Below are positions 51,578 to 64,000 of a DNA stretch of 64,000 nt, piece after piece. This DNA is from Eledone cirrhosa (lineage: Eukaryota): positions 16,802,001-16,866,000 of the forward strand of contig OZ024766.1 of NCBI GenBank assembly GCA_964016885.1, in the 5' to 3' direction. Made by a program: the position numbers and the translations under genes. Under the pieces are notes generated by a model. The model was not told the DNA's origin. It was given only the letters and a program-made list of their open reading frames with translations, and ran no database searches. Position 1 is the first letter of the stretch. Each line of letters opens with the position of its first letter.

Positions 51578-51811
51578 ATGTGTGTGTGTGTGTGTATATA
51601 TGTATGTACGTATTGTTTATATATATATATGTGTATTAATGTACGTATTGTTTATATATAGAGTTTATATATATATGTGTGTTGTTTATATATAGTGTAT
51701 ATATATATGTGTGTGTGTATTGTTTATATATTGAGTTTATATATATATATGTGTATTGTTTATATATAGTGTATATATATATATGTGTGTGTGTATTGTT
51801 TATATATAGTG

Positions 51812-51844
<33 letters not shown>

Positions 51845-52717
51845 ATATATATGTATGTACGTATTGTTTATATATATATATATATATATGTGTGTTGTTT
51901 ATATATAGTGTATATATATATATATGTGTGTGTTGTTTATATATAGTGTATATATATATATGTGTGTGTGTATGTATGTACGTATTGTTTATATATATAT
52001 ATGTGTGTGTTGTTTATATATAGTGTATATATATGTGTGTGTGTGTATATATATGTGTGTGTGTATTGTTTATATATAGTGTATATATATGTATATGTGT
52101 GTGTGTATTGTTTATATATTGAGTTTATATGTGTATGTATGTACGTATTGTTTATATATAGAGTTTATATATATATATTGTTTATATATAGTGTATATAT
52201 ATATATGTGTGTGTGTATTGTTTATATATAGTGTATATATATATATGTGTGTGTGTGTATTGTTTATATATAGTGTATATATATATATATATATATGTGT
52301 GTGTTGTTTATATATAGTGTATATATATATATGTGTGTGTGTTGTTTATATATAGTGTATATATATATATGTGTGTGTGTATGTATGTACGTATTGTTTA
52401 TATATATATATATACGTGTGTATATGTACGTATTGTTTATATATATATATGTGTGTGTTGTTTATATATAGTGTATATATATGTGTGTGTGTATTGTTTA
52501 TATATAGTGTATATATATATGTGTGTGTTGTTTATATATAGTGTATATATATGTATGTGTGTATATATATGTGTGTGTGTATTGTTTATATATAGAGTAT
52601 ATATATATATATATGTGTGTTGTTTATATATAGTGTATATATATGTATATGTGTGTGTGTTGTTTATATATAGTGTATATATATGTATATGTGTGTGTGT
52701 ATTGTTTATATATAGTG

Positions 52718-52748
<31 letters not shown>

Positions 52749-52845
52749 ATATATTGAGTTTATATGTGTGTGTGTATGTATTTATATATAGAGTATATAT
52801 ATATATATATGTGTGTGTGTATATGTACGTATTGTTTATATATAG

Positions 52846-52884
<39 letters not shown>

Positions 52885-53112
52885 TGTTTATATATAGTGT
52901 ATATATGTGTATGTATGTACGTATTGTTTATATATAGAGTTTATATATATATATGTGTGTGTGTATGTATTTATATATAGAGTATATATATATATGTGTG
53001 TGTGTTGTTTATATATAGAGTTTATGTATATATGTGTGTGTATGTACGTATTGTTTATATATAGAGTTTATATATATGTGTGTGTATATATATACGTATT
53101 GTTTATATATAG

Positions 53113-53175
<63 letters not shown>

Positions 53176-53200
53176 ATGTATATATATGTACTTATATATA

Positions 53201-53241
<41 letters not shown>

Positions 53242-53352
53242 TATGTGTGTATGTATTGTTTATATATAGAGTTTATATATATATATGTGTTTGTGTGTAT
53301 ATATGTATGTACGTATTGTTTATATATATATATATGTGTGTGTATGTGTATG

Positions 53353-53396
<44 letters not shown>

Positions 53397-53416
53397 CGTA
53401 TTGTTTATATAGAGTT

Positions 53417-53455
<39 letters not shown>

Positions 53456-53973
53456 ACGTATATATATATATATACAATACGTACATATACACATACACAT
53501 ATATATATAAACAACACACACACACACATATATATATATAAACAACACACACACACATATATATATACTATATATAAACTCTATATATAAACAATACGTA
53601 CATATACATACATACACACATATACATATATATTATATATATACACTATATATAAACAATACGTACATACATATATACACACACACATATATATATATAT
53701 ATATGTGTGTGTTTGTATATATGTATATAGTGTTTATATACATATGTGTGTGTGTGTATATATATAGAGAGTTTATATATATATATATGTGTGTGTGTAT
53801 ATATGTATGTACGTATTGTTTATATATATATATATATATCTGTGTGTGTGTATGTATTTATGTATATATATAAGTGTGTGTATATATATATATGTGTGTG
53901 TGTATGTATGTACGTATTGTTTATATATATATATGTGTGTTTGTGTATTTATATATTGTTTATATATACAGTT

Positions 53974-54005
<32 letters not shown>

Positions 54006-54226
54006 CGTATATATTGTATATATATATGGTGTTGATGTGTTTATATATATATATATATAAACACACGTCGATCAATATATATACACACACACACACACAT
54101 ATATATATTATTGTTGATGTATATATGTTTATATATATATATGTATTTATGTTCATATATGTGTATATATGTATATAATTGATCGACGTTTGTTTATATA
54201 TATTATTGTTTACACACACATATATA

Positions 54227-54267
<41 letters not shown>

Positions 54268-54313
54268 ATATATATATATATGTGTACATATGTATATATA
54301 CATAATGACTTGA

Positions 54314-54352
<39 letters not shown>

Positions 54353-54393
54353 TATATATATATATATATGTGTGTGTATATAGATCGATGTTG

Positions 54394-54438
<45 letters not shown>

Positions 54439-54500
54439 GGTGTGTTGATATATATTATTGGTTATATATATATGTGTGTGTATAGATCGATGTGTGTATA

Positions 54501-54554
<54 letters not shown>

Positions 54555-54696
54555 GTGGATGTGTATATATAGACCGATGTGTGTTGATATATATATATGA
54601 TGTCGTCGATGTGTTTATGTATATATATATATATATACATACATCTATATATATATATATATATAGATGTCAATTTATATAAACATCAACACACAT

Positions 54697-54746
<50 letters not shown>

Positions 54747-54758
54747 TAGTTGATGTGT

Positions 54759-54804
<46 letters not shown>

Positions 54805-54810
54805 TAGTTG

Positions 54811-54852
<42 letters not shown>
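51455..54852. repeat. 3.4-kb compound (TA)n/(TG)n microsatellite block
   Basis: Recurring tgtacgtattgtttatatatag(a/t)gt motif among TA/TG runs. Confidence 0.95.
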
Positions 54853-54854
<2 letters not shown>

Positions 54855-57800
54855 TCATCATCATCGTTTAACGTCCATCTTCCATGCTAGCATGGGCTAG
54901 ACGGGTGTTGTGCCACTTGAGACAGGGTTGGTCGGGTGACCGTGTCTCACTCATATAGGACTGTCTGGCAGGTTTTCTACGGCTGGATGCCCTTCCTAAC
55001 ACCAACCACATTTACCGTGTCACCTACATGACCACTTTACAGTGTGGGCTGGGTACTTTTTGTTGTGACACCTACATGACCACTTTACAGTGTAGACTGG
55101 GTACTTTTTGTTGTGACACCCACATGACCACTTTACAGTGTAGACTGGGTACTTTTTGTTGTGACACCCACATGACCACTTTACAGTGTGGACTGGGTAC
55201 TTTTTGTTGTGACACCTACATGACCACTTTACAGTGTGGGCTGGGTACTTTTTGTTGTGACACCTACATGACCACTTTACAGTGTAGACTGGGTACTTTT
55301 TGTTGTGACACCTACATGACCACTTTACAGAGTGGACTGGGTGCTGTTTGTTGTGACACCTACATGACCACTTTACAGTGTGGACTGGGTACTTTTTGTT
55401 GTGACACCTACATGACCACTTTACAGTGTGGGCTGGGTACTTTTTGTTGTGACACCTACATGACCACTTTACAGTGTGGGCTGGGTACTTTTTGTCGTGA
55501 CACCTACATGACCACTTTACAGTGTGGACTGGGTGCTATTTGTTGTGACACCTACATGACCACTTTACAGTGTGGGCTGGGTACTTTTTGTTGTGACACC
55601 TACATGACCACTTTACAGTGTGGACTGGGTACTTTTTGTTGTGACACCTACATGACCACTTTACAGTGTGGACTGGGTACTTTTTGTTGTGACACCTACA
55701 TGACCACTTTACAGTGTGGGCTGGGTACTTTTTGTTGTGACACCTACATGACCACTTTACAGTGTGGGCTGGGTACTTTTTGTCGTGACACCTACATGAC
55801 CACTTTACAGTGTGGACTGGGTACTTTTTGTTGTGACACCTACATGACCACTTTACAGTGTGGACTGGGTACTATTTGTTGTGACACCTACATGACCACT
55901 TTACAGTGTGGACTGGGTACTTTTTGTTGTGACACCTACATGACCACTTTACAGTGTGGACTGGGTACTTTTGTTGTGACACCTACATGACCACTTTACA
56001 GTGTGGACTGGGTACTTTTTGTTGTGACACCTACATGACCACTTTACAGAGTGGACTGGGAGCTTTTTGTTGTGACACCTACATGACCACTTTACAGTGT
56101 GGACTGGGTACTTTTTGTCGTGACACCTACATGACCACTTTACAGTGTGGACTGGGTACTTTTGTTGTGACACCTACATGACCACTTTACAGTGTGGACT
56201 GGGTACTTTTTGTTGTGATACCTACACGACCACTTTACAGTGTGGACTGGGTACTTTTTGTTGTGACACCTACATGACCACTTTACAGTGTGGACTGGGT
56301 ACTTTTTGTTGTGACACCTACATGACCACTTTACAGAGTGGACTGGGTACTTTTTGTTGTGACACCTACATGACCACTTTACAGTGTGGACTGGGTACTT
56401 TTTGTTGTGACACCTACATGACCACTTTACAGTGTGGACTGGGTACTTTTTGTTGTGACACCTACATGACCACTTTACAGTGGGTACTTTTTGTTGTGAC
56501 ACCTACACGACCACTTTACAGTGTGGACTGGGTACTTTTTGTTGTGACACCTACATGACCACTTTACAGTGTGGACTGGGTACTTTTTGTTGTGACACCT
56601 ACATGACCACTTTACAGTGTGGACTGGGTACTTTTTGTTGTGACACCTACATGACCACTTTACAGTGGGTACTTTTTGTTGTGACACCTACACGACCACT
56701 TTACAGTGTGGACTGGGTTCTTTTTGTTGTGACCCCTACATGACCACTTTACAGAGTGGACTGGGTACTTTTTGTTGTGACACCTACATGACCACTTTAC
56801 AGTGTGGACTGGGTACTTTTTGTTGTGACACCTACACGACCACTTTACAGTGTGGACTGGGTACTTTTTGTTGTGACACCTACATGACCACTTTACAGTG
56901 TGGACTGGGTACTTTTTGTTGTGACACCTACATGACCACTTTACAGTGTGGGCTGGGTACTTTTTGTTGTGACACCTACATGACCACTTTACAGTGTGGA
57001 CTGGGTACTTTTTGTTGTGACACCTACATGACCACTTTACAGTGTGGACTGGGTACTTTTTGTTGTGACACCTACATGACCACTTTACAGTGTGGACTGG
57101 GTGCTTTTTGTTGTGACACCTACATGACCACTTTACAGTGTGGACTGGGTACTTTTTGTTGTGACACCTACATGACCACTTTACAGTGTGGACTGGGTAC
57201 TTTTTGTTGTGACACCTACATGACCACTTTACAGTGTGGACTGGGTACTTTTTGTTGTGACACCTACATGACCACTTTACAGTGTGGACTGGGTACTTTT
57301 TGTCATGACACCTACATGACCACTTTACAGTGTGGACTGGGTATCTTTTGTCATGACCCCTACATGACCACTTTACAGTGTGGGCTGTGTACTTTTTGTT
57401 GTGATACCTACATGACCACTTTACAGTGTGGACTGGGTACTTTTTGTTGTGACACCTACATGACCACTTTACAGTGTGGACTGGATACTTTTTGTCGTGA
57501 CACCTACATGACCACTTTACAGTGTGGACTGGGTGCTATTTGTTGTGACACCTACATGACCACTTTACAGTGTGGACTGGGTACTTTTTGTTGTGACACC
57601 TACATGACCACTTTACAAAGTGGACTGGGTACTTTTTGTTGTGATACCTACACGACCACTTTACAGTGTGGACTGGGTACTTTTTGTTGTGACACCTACA
57701 TGACCACTTTACAGTGTGGACTGGGTACTTTTTGTTGTGACACCTACATGACCACTTTACAGTGTGGACTGGGTACTTTTTGTTGTGACACCTACATGAC

Positions 57801-59830
57801 CACTTTACAGTGTGGACTGGGTGCTGTTTGTTGTGACACCTACATGACCACTTTACAGTGTGGACTGGGTACTTTTGTTGTGACACCTACATGACCACTT
57901 TACAGTGTGGACTGGGTACTTTTTGTTGTGACACCTACATGACCACTTTACAGTGTGGACTGGGTACTTTTTGTTGTGACACCTACATGACCACTTTACA
58001 GTGTGGACTGGGTACTTTTTGTTGTGACACCTACATGACCACTTTACAGTGTGGACTGGGTACTTTTTGTTGTGACACCTACATGACCACTTTACAGTGT
58101 GGACTGGGTACTATTTGTTGTGACACCTACATGACCACTTTACAGTGTGGACTGGGTACTTTTTGTTGTGACACCTACATGACCACTTTACAGTGTGGAC
58201 TGGGTGCTGTTTGTTGTGACACCTACATGGCCACTTTACAGTGTGGACTGGGTACTTTTGTTGTGACACCTACATGACCACTTTACAGTGTGGACTGGGT
58301 ACTTTTTGTTGTGACACCTACATGACCACTTTACAGTGTGGACTGGGTACTTTTTGTTGTGACACCTACATGACCACTTTACAGTGTGGACTGGGTACTT
58401 TTTGTTGTGACACCTACATGACCACTTTACAGTGTGGACTGGGTACTTTTTGTTGTGACACCTACATGACCACTTTACAGTGTGGACTGGGTACTTTTTG
58501 TTGTGACACCTACATGACCACTTTACAGTGTGGACTGGGTACTTTTTGTTGTGACACCTACATGACCACTTTACAGAGTGGACTGGGTGCTATTTGTTGT
58601 GACACCTACATGACCACTTTACAGTGTGGACTGGGTACTTTTTGTTGTGACACCTACATGACCACTTTACAAAGTGGACTGGGTACTTTTTGTTGTGATA
58701 CCTACACGACCACTTTACAGTGTGGACTGGGTGCTTTTTGTTGTGACAACTACACGACCACTTTACAGTGTGGACTGGGTACTTTTTGTTGTGACACCTA
58801 CATGACCACTTTACAGTGTGGACTGGGTACTTTTTGTTGTGACACCTACATGACCACTTTACAGTGTGGACTGGGTACTTTTTGTTGTGACACCTACATG
58901 ACCACTTTACAGTGTGGACTGGGTACTTTTTGTTGTGACACCTACACAACCACTTTACAGAGTGGACTGGGTACTTTTTGTTGTGATACCTACACGACCA
59001 CTTTACAGTGTGGACTGGGTACTTTTTGTTGTGACACCTACACAACCACTTTACAGAGTGGACTGGGTACTTTTTGTTGTGACACCTACATGACCACTTT
59101 ACAGTGTGGACTGGGTACTTTTTGTTGTGACACCTACATGACCACTTTACAGTGTGGACTGGGTACTTTTTGTTGTGACACCTACATGACCACTTTACAG
59201 TGTGGACTGGGTACTTTTTGTTGTGACACCTACATGACCACTTTACAGTGTGGGCTGGGTACTATTTGTTGTGTCACCTACATGACCACTTTACAGTGTG
59301 GACTGGGTACTTTTTTTTGTGACACCTACATGACCACTTTACAGTGTGGACTGGGTGTTGTTTGTTGTGACACCTACATGACCACATTTACAGTGTGGGC
59401 TGGGTACTTTTTGTTGTGACACCTACATGACCACTTTACAGTGTGGACTGGGTGTTGTTTGTTGTGACTCCTACATGACCACTTTACAGTGTGGACTGGG
59501 TACTTTTTGTTGTGACACCTACATGACCATATTACAGTGTGGACTGGGAGGTTTTTACCGTGTTACCTACACGGCCACATTACAGCGTGGACTGTGTTTT
59601 TTGTCGTGACACCTACACAATCTCGATCTCATTATCTCATTTATTTGCACTGGATGTTGTGGTACCAACTTTATAGTGGATTGGGGTGTATATTTGGTTA
59701 AGAGGTGCCTACTGACTGTAGGTTTCGCTTTGTACATAGGCAAGGCGGGTCTTCTGTATTACTGCGTAGCGCCAAAGATCTCGGTCCAGGGACATTGTCT
59801 TAGAGAGGTGCAAGTGTGTAAGGTCGGAAT
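54853..59830 (-). mobile_element. SINE-like element split by a 4.6-kb internal satellite
   Basis: (CAT)n tail and tttctacggctggatgcccttcctaacaccaacc core at 54853-55015 (tail homologous to ~12225-12322); the part at 59610-59830 is homologous to 62634-62878. Confidence 0.72.
55020..59612 (+). repeat. 42-bp satellite, ~109 copies
   Basis: acacctacatgaccactttacagtgtggactgggtactttttgttgtg-type unit, period 42. Confidence 0.97.
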
Positions 59831-59949
59831 TTATCAGATCGTCCCAGATTTTTCTGGGTCTACCTACTCCGTAACTACCATCAATTTGGATCGCCCTGCA
59901 CTATATATATATATATATATATAGAAAAGCTTCTACAGGACTAGAACTG

Positions 59950-60890
59950 TTTCATTGCTTGCAAGGGTGGGACGGTTCCTATTCAGCACAGCATCTCTCC
60001 ACTTGTCACGGTCCTTCGTCATCTCCTCCGTGAGCTTCAGCGATCTGAGGTCTGTTCTCACCACCTCCGCCTATGATTTTCGTGGTCTACCTCTACCACA
60101 TCTTCCTTCCACTGGGATTTCTTGGCACTTCTTTACCGATCGGTCATCCTCCATGCGCATCACATGTCCATACCAATGCAGTCTTCTCTCCCGCACGCTA
60201 CAGCCTATCCATCTTATACACAGTTTCTCTCTCAACACATCCATGCTTAGTCATTCACTCACATTCACACTGCACATCCAACGGAGCATGCTTGCTTCAT
60301 TTCTCTCCAGCCGTCACATGTCCTCTGCAGTTGCTGCCCATGTCTCACTACCATGCAGCATCGCGCACCTCACACAGGCATCATATAACCGGCCTTTCGT
60401 ATGCAGGGAGAAACCCTTGTGTGTCAACAGAAGAAGCAGCCCCCTAAACATCTTCCAACCTGTCCTTATTCTGGATACTATGGCCTCGGAACCCCCCTCC
60501 CATGCTAATCTGATCACCTAGGTACCGGAAGCTATCAACCACATCTATAGAACCCACCTGCATTTGAAAAATGTGTCTATCACTGCGATTACTACTGCCA
60601 ACTTTCCCTGTACATCTACTGCATACATAGTTATCCCTACCTGTTAGTTTGCCTGCTATCCCACTACATCTCTTGTGTACCCAACATCTGCATTGCCTAC
60701 ATTTTATAGAATTTATGCCAGTTCCTTTCCCACATATCGAACATGGCCATTTCCCGATGGAATCAGAGTTTTGTCCTCTTTTCTACTCATCAACACTTTT
60801 GTTTGAGCTATGTTCACTCTCAGGCCTCTTGCTTCCAACTGCTGTTTCCATAGCCAGAATTTATTCTGTAGCTCCTCTACCGATTCTGCA
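59950..60890 (-). mobile_element. 5'-truncated RTE-clade LINE (RT C-terminal part with Cys/His-rich insert)
   Basis: ESVEELQNKFWLWKQQLEARGLRVNIAQTKVL..WVHKRCSGI..DSFRYLGD..RIRTGWKMFRGL..KGRLYDACVRCAMLHGSETW..RRLHWYGHVMRM..GRGRPRK, with stops and frameshifts. Confidence 0.9.
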
Positions 60891-60964
60891 TATACACACA
60901 CATAAGCACACACTTATACACATACAAGTCAGCTTTAAAGAAAGGTGAAATAAATTCTACTAAA

Positions 60965-62033
60965 TTAACCCTTTAGTGTTCAAACCGACCAAAACTGGCA
61001 AGAATTCTCTACCTTTTTCTGTTGAAACTGGCTGTAACTGGTCATTCAAACTGATGTTATGGTATTGTCCTCAAAATAAATACTTTCAAAATCTCATAGA
61101 TTCGATATTATGTGAGGTAATTATGTGAGGTAAAGCATTTACCATGAAAATACAGTAGTATATATAGAGTAATGTAAATGTTATGTGAGATATTATGTGA
61201 GGTAAAACCTTTACTGTAAAAATATAATAGTATATATAGAGTAATGTAAATGGTATGCGAGATATTATGTGAGGTAAAGCCTTTACTGTGACAATACAAT
61301 AGTATATATAGAGTAATGTAAATGTTATTATGTGAGGTAAAGCCTTTACTGTGAAAATATAATAGTATATATAGAGTAATGTAAATGGTATGTGAGATAT
61401 TATGTGAGGTAAAGCCTTTACTGTGACAATACAATAGTATATATAGAGTAATGTAAATGGTATGTGAGATATTATGTGAGGTAAAACCTTTACTGTGAAA
61501 ATACAATAGTATATATAGAGTAATGTAAATGTTATGTGAGATATTATGTGAGGTAAAGCCTTTACTGTGAAAATACAATAGTATATATAGAGTAATGTAA
61601 ATGTTATGTGAGGTAAAGCCTTTACTGTGACAATACAATAGTATATATAGAGTAATGTAAATGTTATGTGAGATGTTATGTGAGGTAAAGCCTTTACTGT
61701 GAAAATACAAAAGTATATATAGAGTAATGTAAATGTTATGTGAGATATTATGTGAGGTAAAGCCTTTACTGTGACAATACAATAGTATATATAGAGTAAT
61801 GTAAATGTTATATGAGATTTTATGTGAGGTAAAGCCTTTACTGTGACAATACAATAGTATATATAGAGTAATGTAAATGTTGTGAGATATTATGTGAGGT
61901 AAAGCCTTTACTGTGAAAATACAATAGTATATATAGAGTAATGTAAATGTTATGTGAGATATTATGTAAGGTAAAGCCTTTACTGTGACAATACAATAGT
62001 ATATATAGAGTAATGTAAATGCTAAAGGGTTAA
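60965..62033 (-). mobile_element. Complete piggyBac-like MITE with TTAA target duplication, carrying ~13 units of the 72/60-bp satellite
   Basis: TTAA-CCCTTTAGTGTT at 60965 and AATGCTAAAGGG-TTAA ending at 62033. Confidence 0.85.
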
Positions 62034-62426
62034 AGTGTTTATATTTATCTAAAAACCTTCCATCATAATTTTATGTAACAATCTTTAAGTTATGTTCCAT
62101 TAGAAATATGGTAATGAAAGGGTTAAAGTGTTTATATTTATCTAAAAACCTTTTATCATAATGATATAAATCATGAAAATTATTGTGTACAGTGCTCAGG
62201 TGCACTACAACTCATCAAAGGTGCATGTATAGTACATCGAATAATATACAAATGTCAGGAAAGTGAACTGTGTATGAGTTGTAATATACACACAGATACT
62301 TCTTACACCTTCACTCCCACCCTAGGACCTTCAATATGCCCAATCTCAAATTTATTTTTATCTAGAGACATTTTTTTTCCAATTCCAACCCACCCGTACC
62401 CCCAAACTATTTTATTTCTCATTCTT

Positions 62427-62462
62427 TCTTCTGATGAAGGACTACCGTCTGAAACGTTAAGA
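62427..62462 (+). ncRNA. Minimal (Penelope-type) hammerhead ribozyme fold
   Basis: TCTT-CTGATGA-A-GGAC tacc GTCT-GAAAC-GTT-AAGA; palindromic AACGTT in place of stem III. Confidence 0.6.
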
Positions 62463-62524
62463 CCCTCTTCCTGCTATATCAAGCGTTAACCTAATATATC
62501 CCTTCCATATACTGTATCGATTGT

Positions 62525-62620
62525 GTTGTTATTTCTGTTTACCTTTTACATACATGTCTTGTTATTTCTGTTTACCTTTTATATACATGTCTTGTTATTT
62601 CTGTTTACCTTTTATACACA
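62525..62620 (+). repeat. 33-bp tandem repeat, ~3 copies
   Basis: ttgttatttctgtttaccttttatatacatgtc. Confidence 0.85.
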
Positions 62621-62633
62621 TATATGTATATTT

Positions 62634-62900
62634 ACACCTACACGACCTCATTTATTTCGGACTGGATGTTGTGGTACCAACATAACTTTACAGAGAAAGG
62701 GGTGGTGTGGATGGGGTTGGGGTAGTGGGATTGGGGTGTATATTTGATTAAGAGGTGCCTACTCACTGTAGGTTTTGCTTTGTACATAGGCAAGGCGGGT
62801 CTTCTGTATTACTGCGTAGCGCCAGAGGTCACAGTCCTGTGTCATCGCCTTTGAGAGGTGCAATTGGGTAAGGTCGGCTTTTGTCAACCTCATCCCACCT
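62634..62900 (-). mobile_element. Fragment of the same SINE-like family as 59610-59830
   Basis: Shared actggatgttgtggtaccaac..aagaggtgcctact..gctttgtacataggcaaggcgggtcttctgtattactgcgtagcgcca. Confidence 0.75.
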
Positions 62901-63049
62901 ACATGTGAGAAACGGTCACCGTCGATTTTGCTGAGACTAGGTATGTAATGGAAGTCACTACTTTAAAATTCATAGCAAATGGTCTTCAAAATGTTTTAAA
63001 ATAAACATACAGTATATTATATCTATATCTAGGGAGGGTAAAATTCCAA

Positions 63050-64000
63050 GATCCATGGACAAGTTCTCTCCAGCGGTCTCTGTCCCTCATTATCGCTGCC
63101 ATGTCCTGCGTCTCTAAGAGACCAGTGTCTGTCCTTAGGGCATCAACATACGTTAACCTCGGTCTTCCTCTTCCAGTGTGTCCATGCAGGGGCTCCCACA
63201 GGAGAACTGAGTGCAGTGTCAACTCTGGATGTCGGTGAGCATGTCCAGCTAACCTCAGTCTCCCTCTTCCAGTGTGTCCATGTAGGGGCTCCCACAGGAG
63301 CACTGAGTGCAGTGTCAACTCTGGATGTCGGTGAGCATGTCCAGCTAACCCCAGTCTCCCTCTTCCAGTGTGTCCATGTAGGGGCTCCCACAGGAGCACT
63401 GAGTGCAGTGTCAACTCTGGATGTCGGTGAGCATGTCCAGCTAACCTCAGTCTCCCTCTTCCAGTGTGTCCATGCAGGGGCTCCCACAGGAGAACTGAGT
63501 GCAGTGTCAACTCTGGATGTCGGTGAGCATGTCCAGCTAACCTCAGTCTCCCTCTTTCAATGTGTCCATGTAGGGGTTCCCACAGGAGCACTGAGTGCAG
63601 TGTCAACTCTGGATGTCGGTGAGCATGTCCAGCTAACCTCAGTCTCCCTCTTCTAGTGTGTCCATGTAGGGGCTCCCACAGGAGCACTGAGTGCAGTGTC
63701 AACTCTGGATGTCGGTGAGCATGTCCAGCTAACCCCAGTCTCCCTCTTCCAGTGTGTCCATGTAGGGGCTCCCACAGGAGCACTGAGTGCAGTGTCAACT
63801 CTGGATGTCGGTGAGCATGTCCAGCTAACCTCAGTCTCCCTCTTCCAGTGTGTCCATGCAGGGGCTCCCACAGGAGAACTGAGTGCAGTGTCAACTCTGG
63901 ATGTCGGTGAGCATGTCCAGCTAACCTCAGTCTCCCTCTTCTAGTGTGTCCATGTAGGGGCTCCCACAGGAGCACTGAGTGCAGTGTCAACTCTGGATGT
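63050..64000 (-). repeat. LINE ORF C-terminus amplified into a 120-bp (40-codon) satellite, at least 7 copies, running off the window
   Basis: RLRLAGHAHRHPELTLHSVLLWEPLHGHTGRG repeats, then GRGRPRLTYVDALRTDTGL..MRDRDRWRELV, typical of the end of RTE-like ORFs. Confidence 0.88.

Noticed and set aside
47384-54864. Many YIYI/CVCV ORFs
   Set aside because: Translations of (TA)n/(TG)n microsatellites
55028-59609. Cys-rich MTTLQCGLGTFCCDTY ORFs resembling metallothionein or keratin-associated proteins
   Set aside because: A 42-bp unit without a stop in one frame; repeated 1-bp and 7-bp deletions shift frames; flanks show SINE origin

Overview
AT-rich, (TA)n-rich animal genomic DNA. The [10 protein letters not shown]-type C2H2 arrays and SINE repertoire suggest an octopus or other cephalopod (inference). 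Bases 1-41300 are a head-to-tail array of 9-10 kb cassettes (anchor recurs at 1, 9375, 18539, 28581, 38735). Each complete cassette carries a minus-strand poly-C2H2 zinc-finger gene (14, 19, 19, 19 fingers) with a predicted non-coding exon 1 and ~1.7 kb intron, a decayed Helitron RepHel fragment split by an 82-bp minisatellite made from its own coding sequence, SINE and RTE-LINE remnants, and two long palindromes. Next come a piggyBac-like (TTAA/CCC) non-autonomous element carrying a 72/60-bp satellite (3 copies) and an unrelated 833-aa, 19-finger ZNF with a coding 72-bp minisatellite. A nest of foldback elements with four different hammerhead-ribozyme folds lies at 49432-50566. Exon 1 of an ST7 homologue (51278-51434, +) is missed by the ORF track. 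Its intron holds microsatellites, a 4.6-kb 42-bp satellite grown inside a SINE, an RTE LINE, a fifth hammerhead and a 120-bp satellite grown from a LINE ORF. Everything was read by eye; repeat boundaries and copy numbers are approximate.
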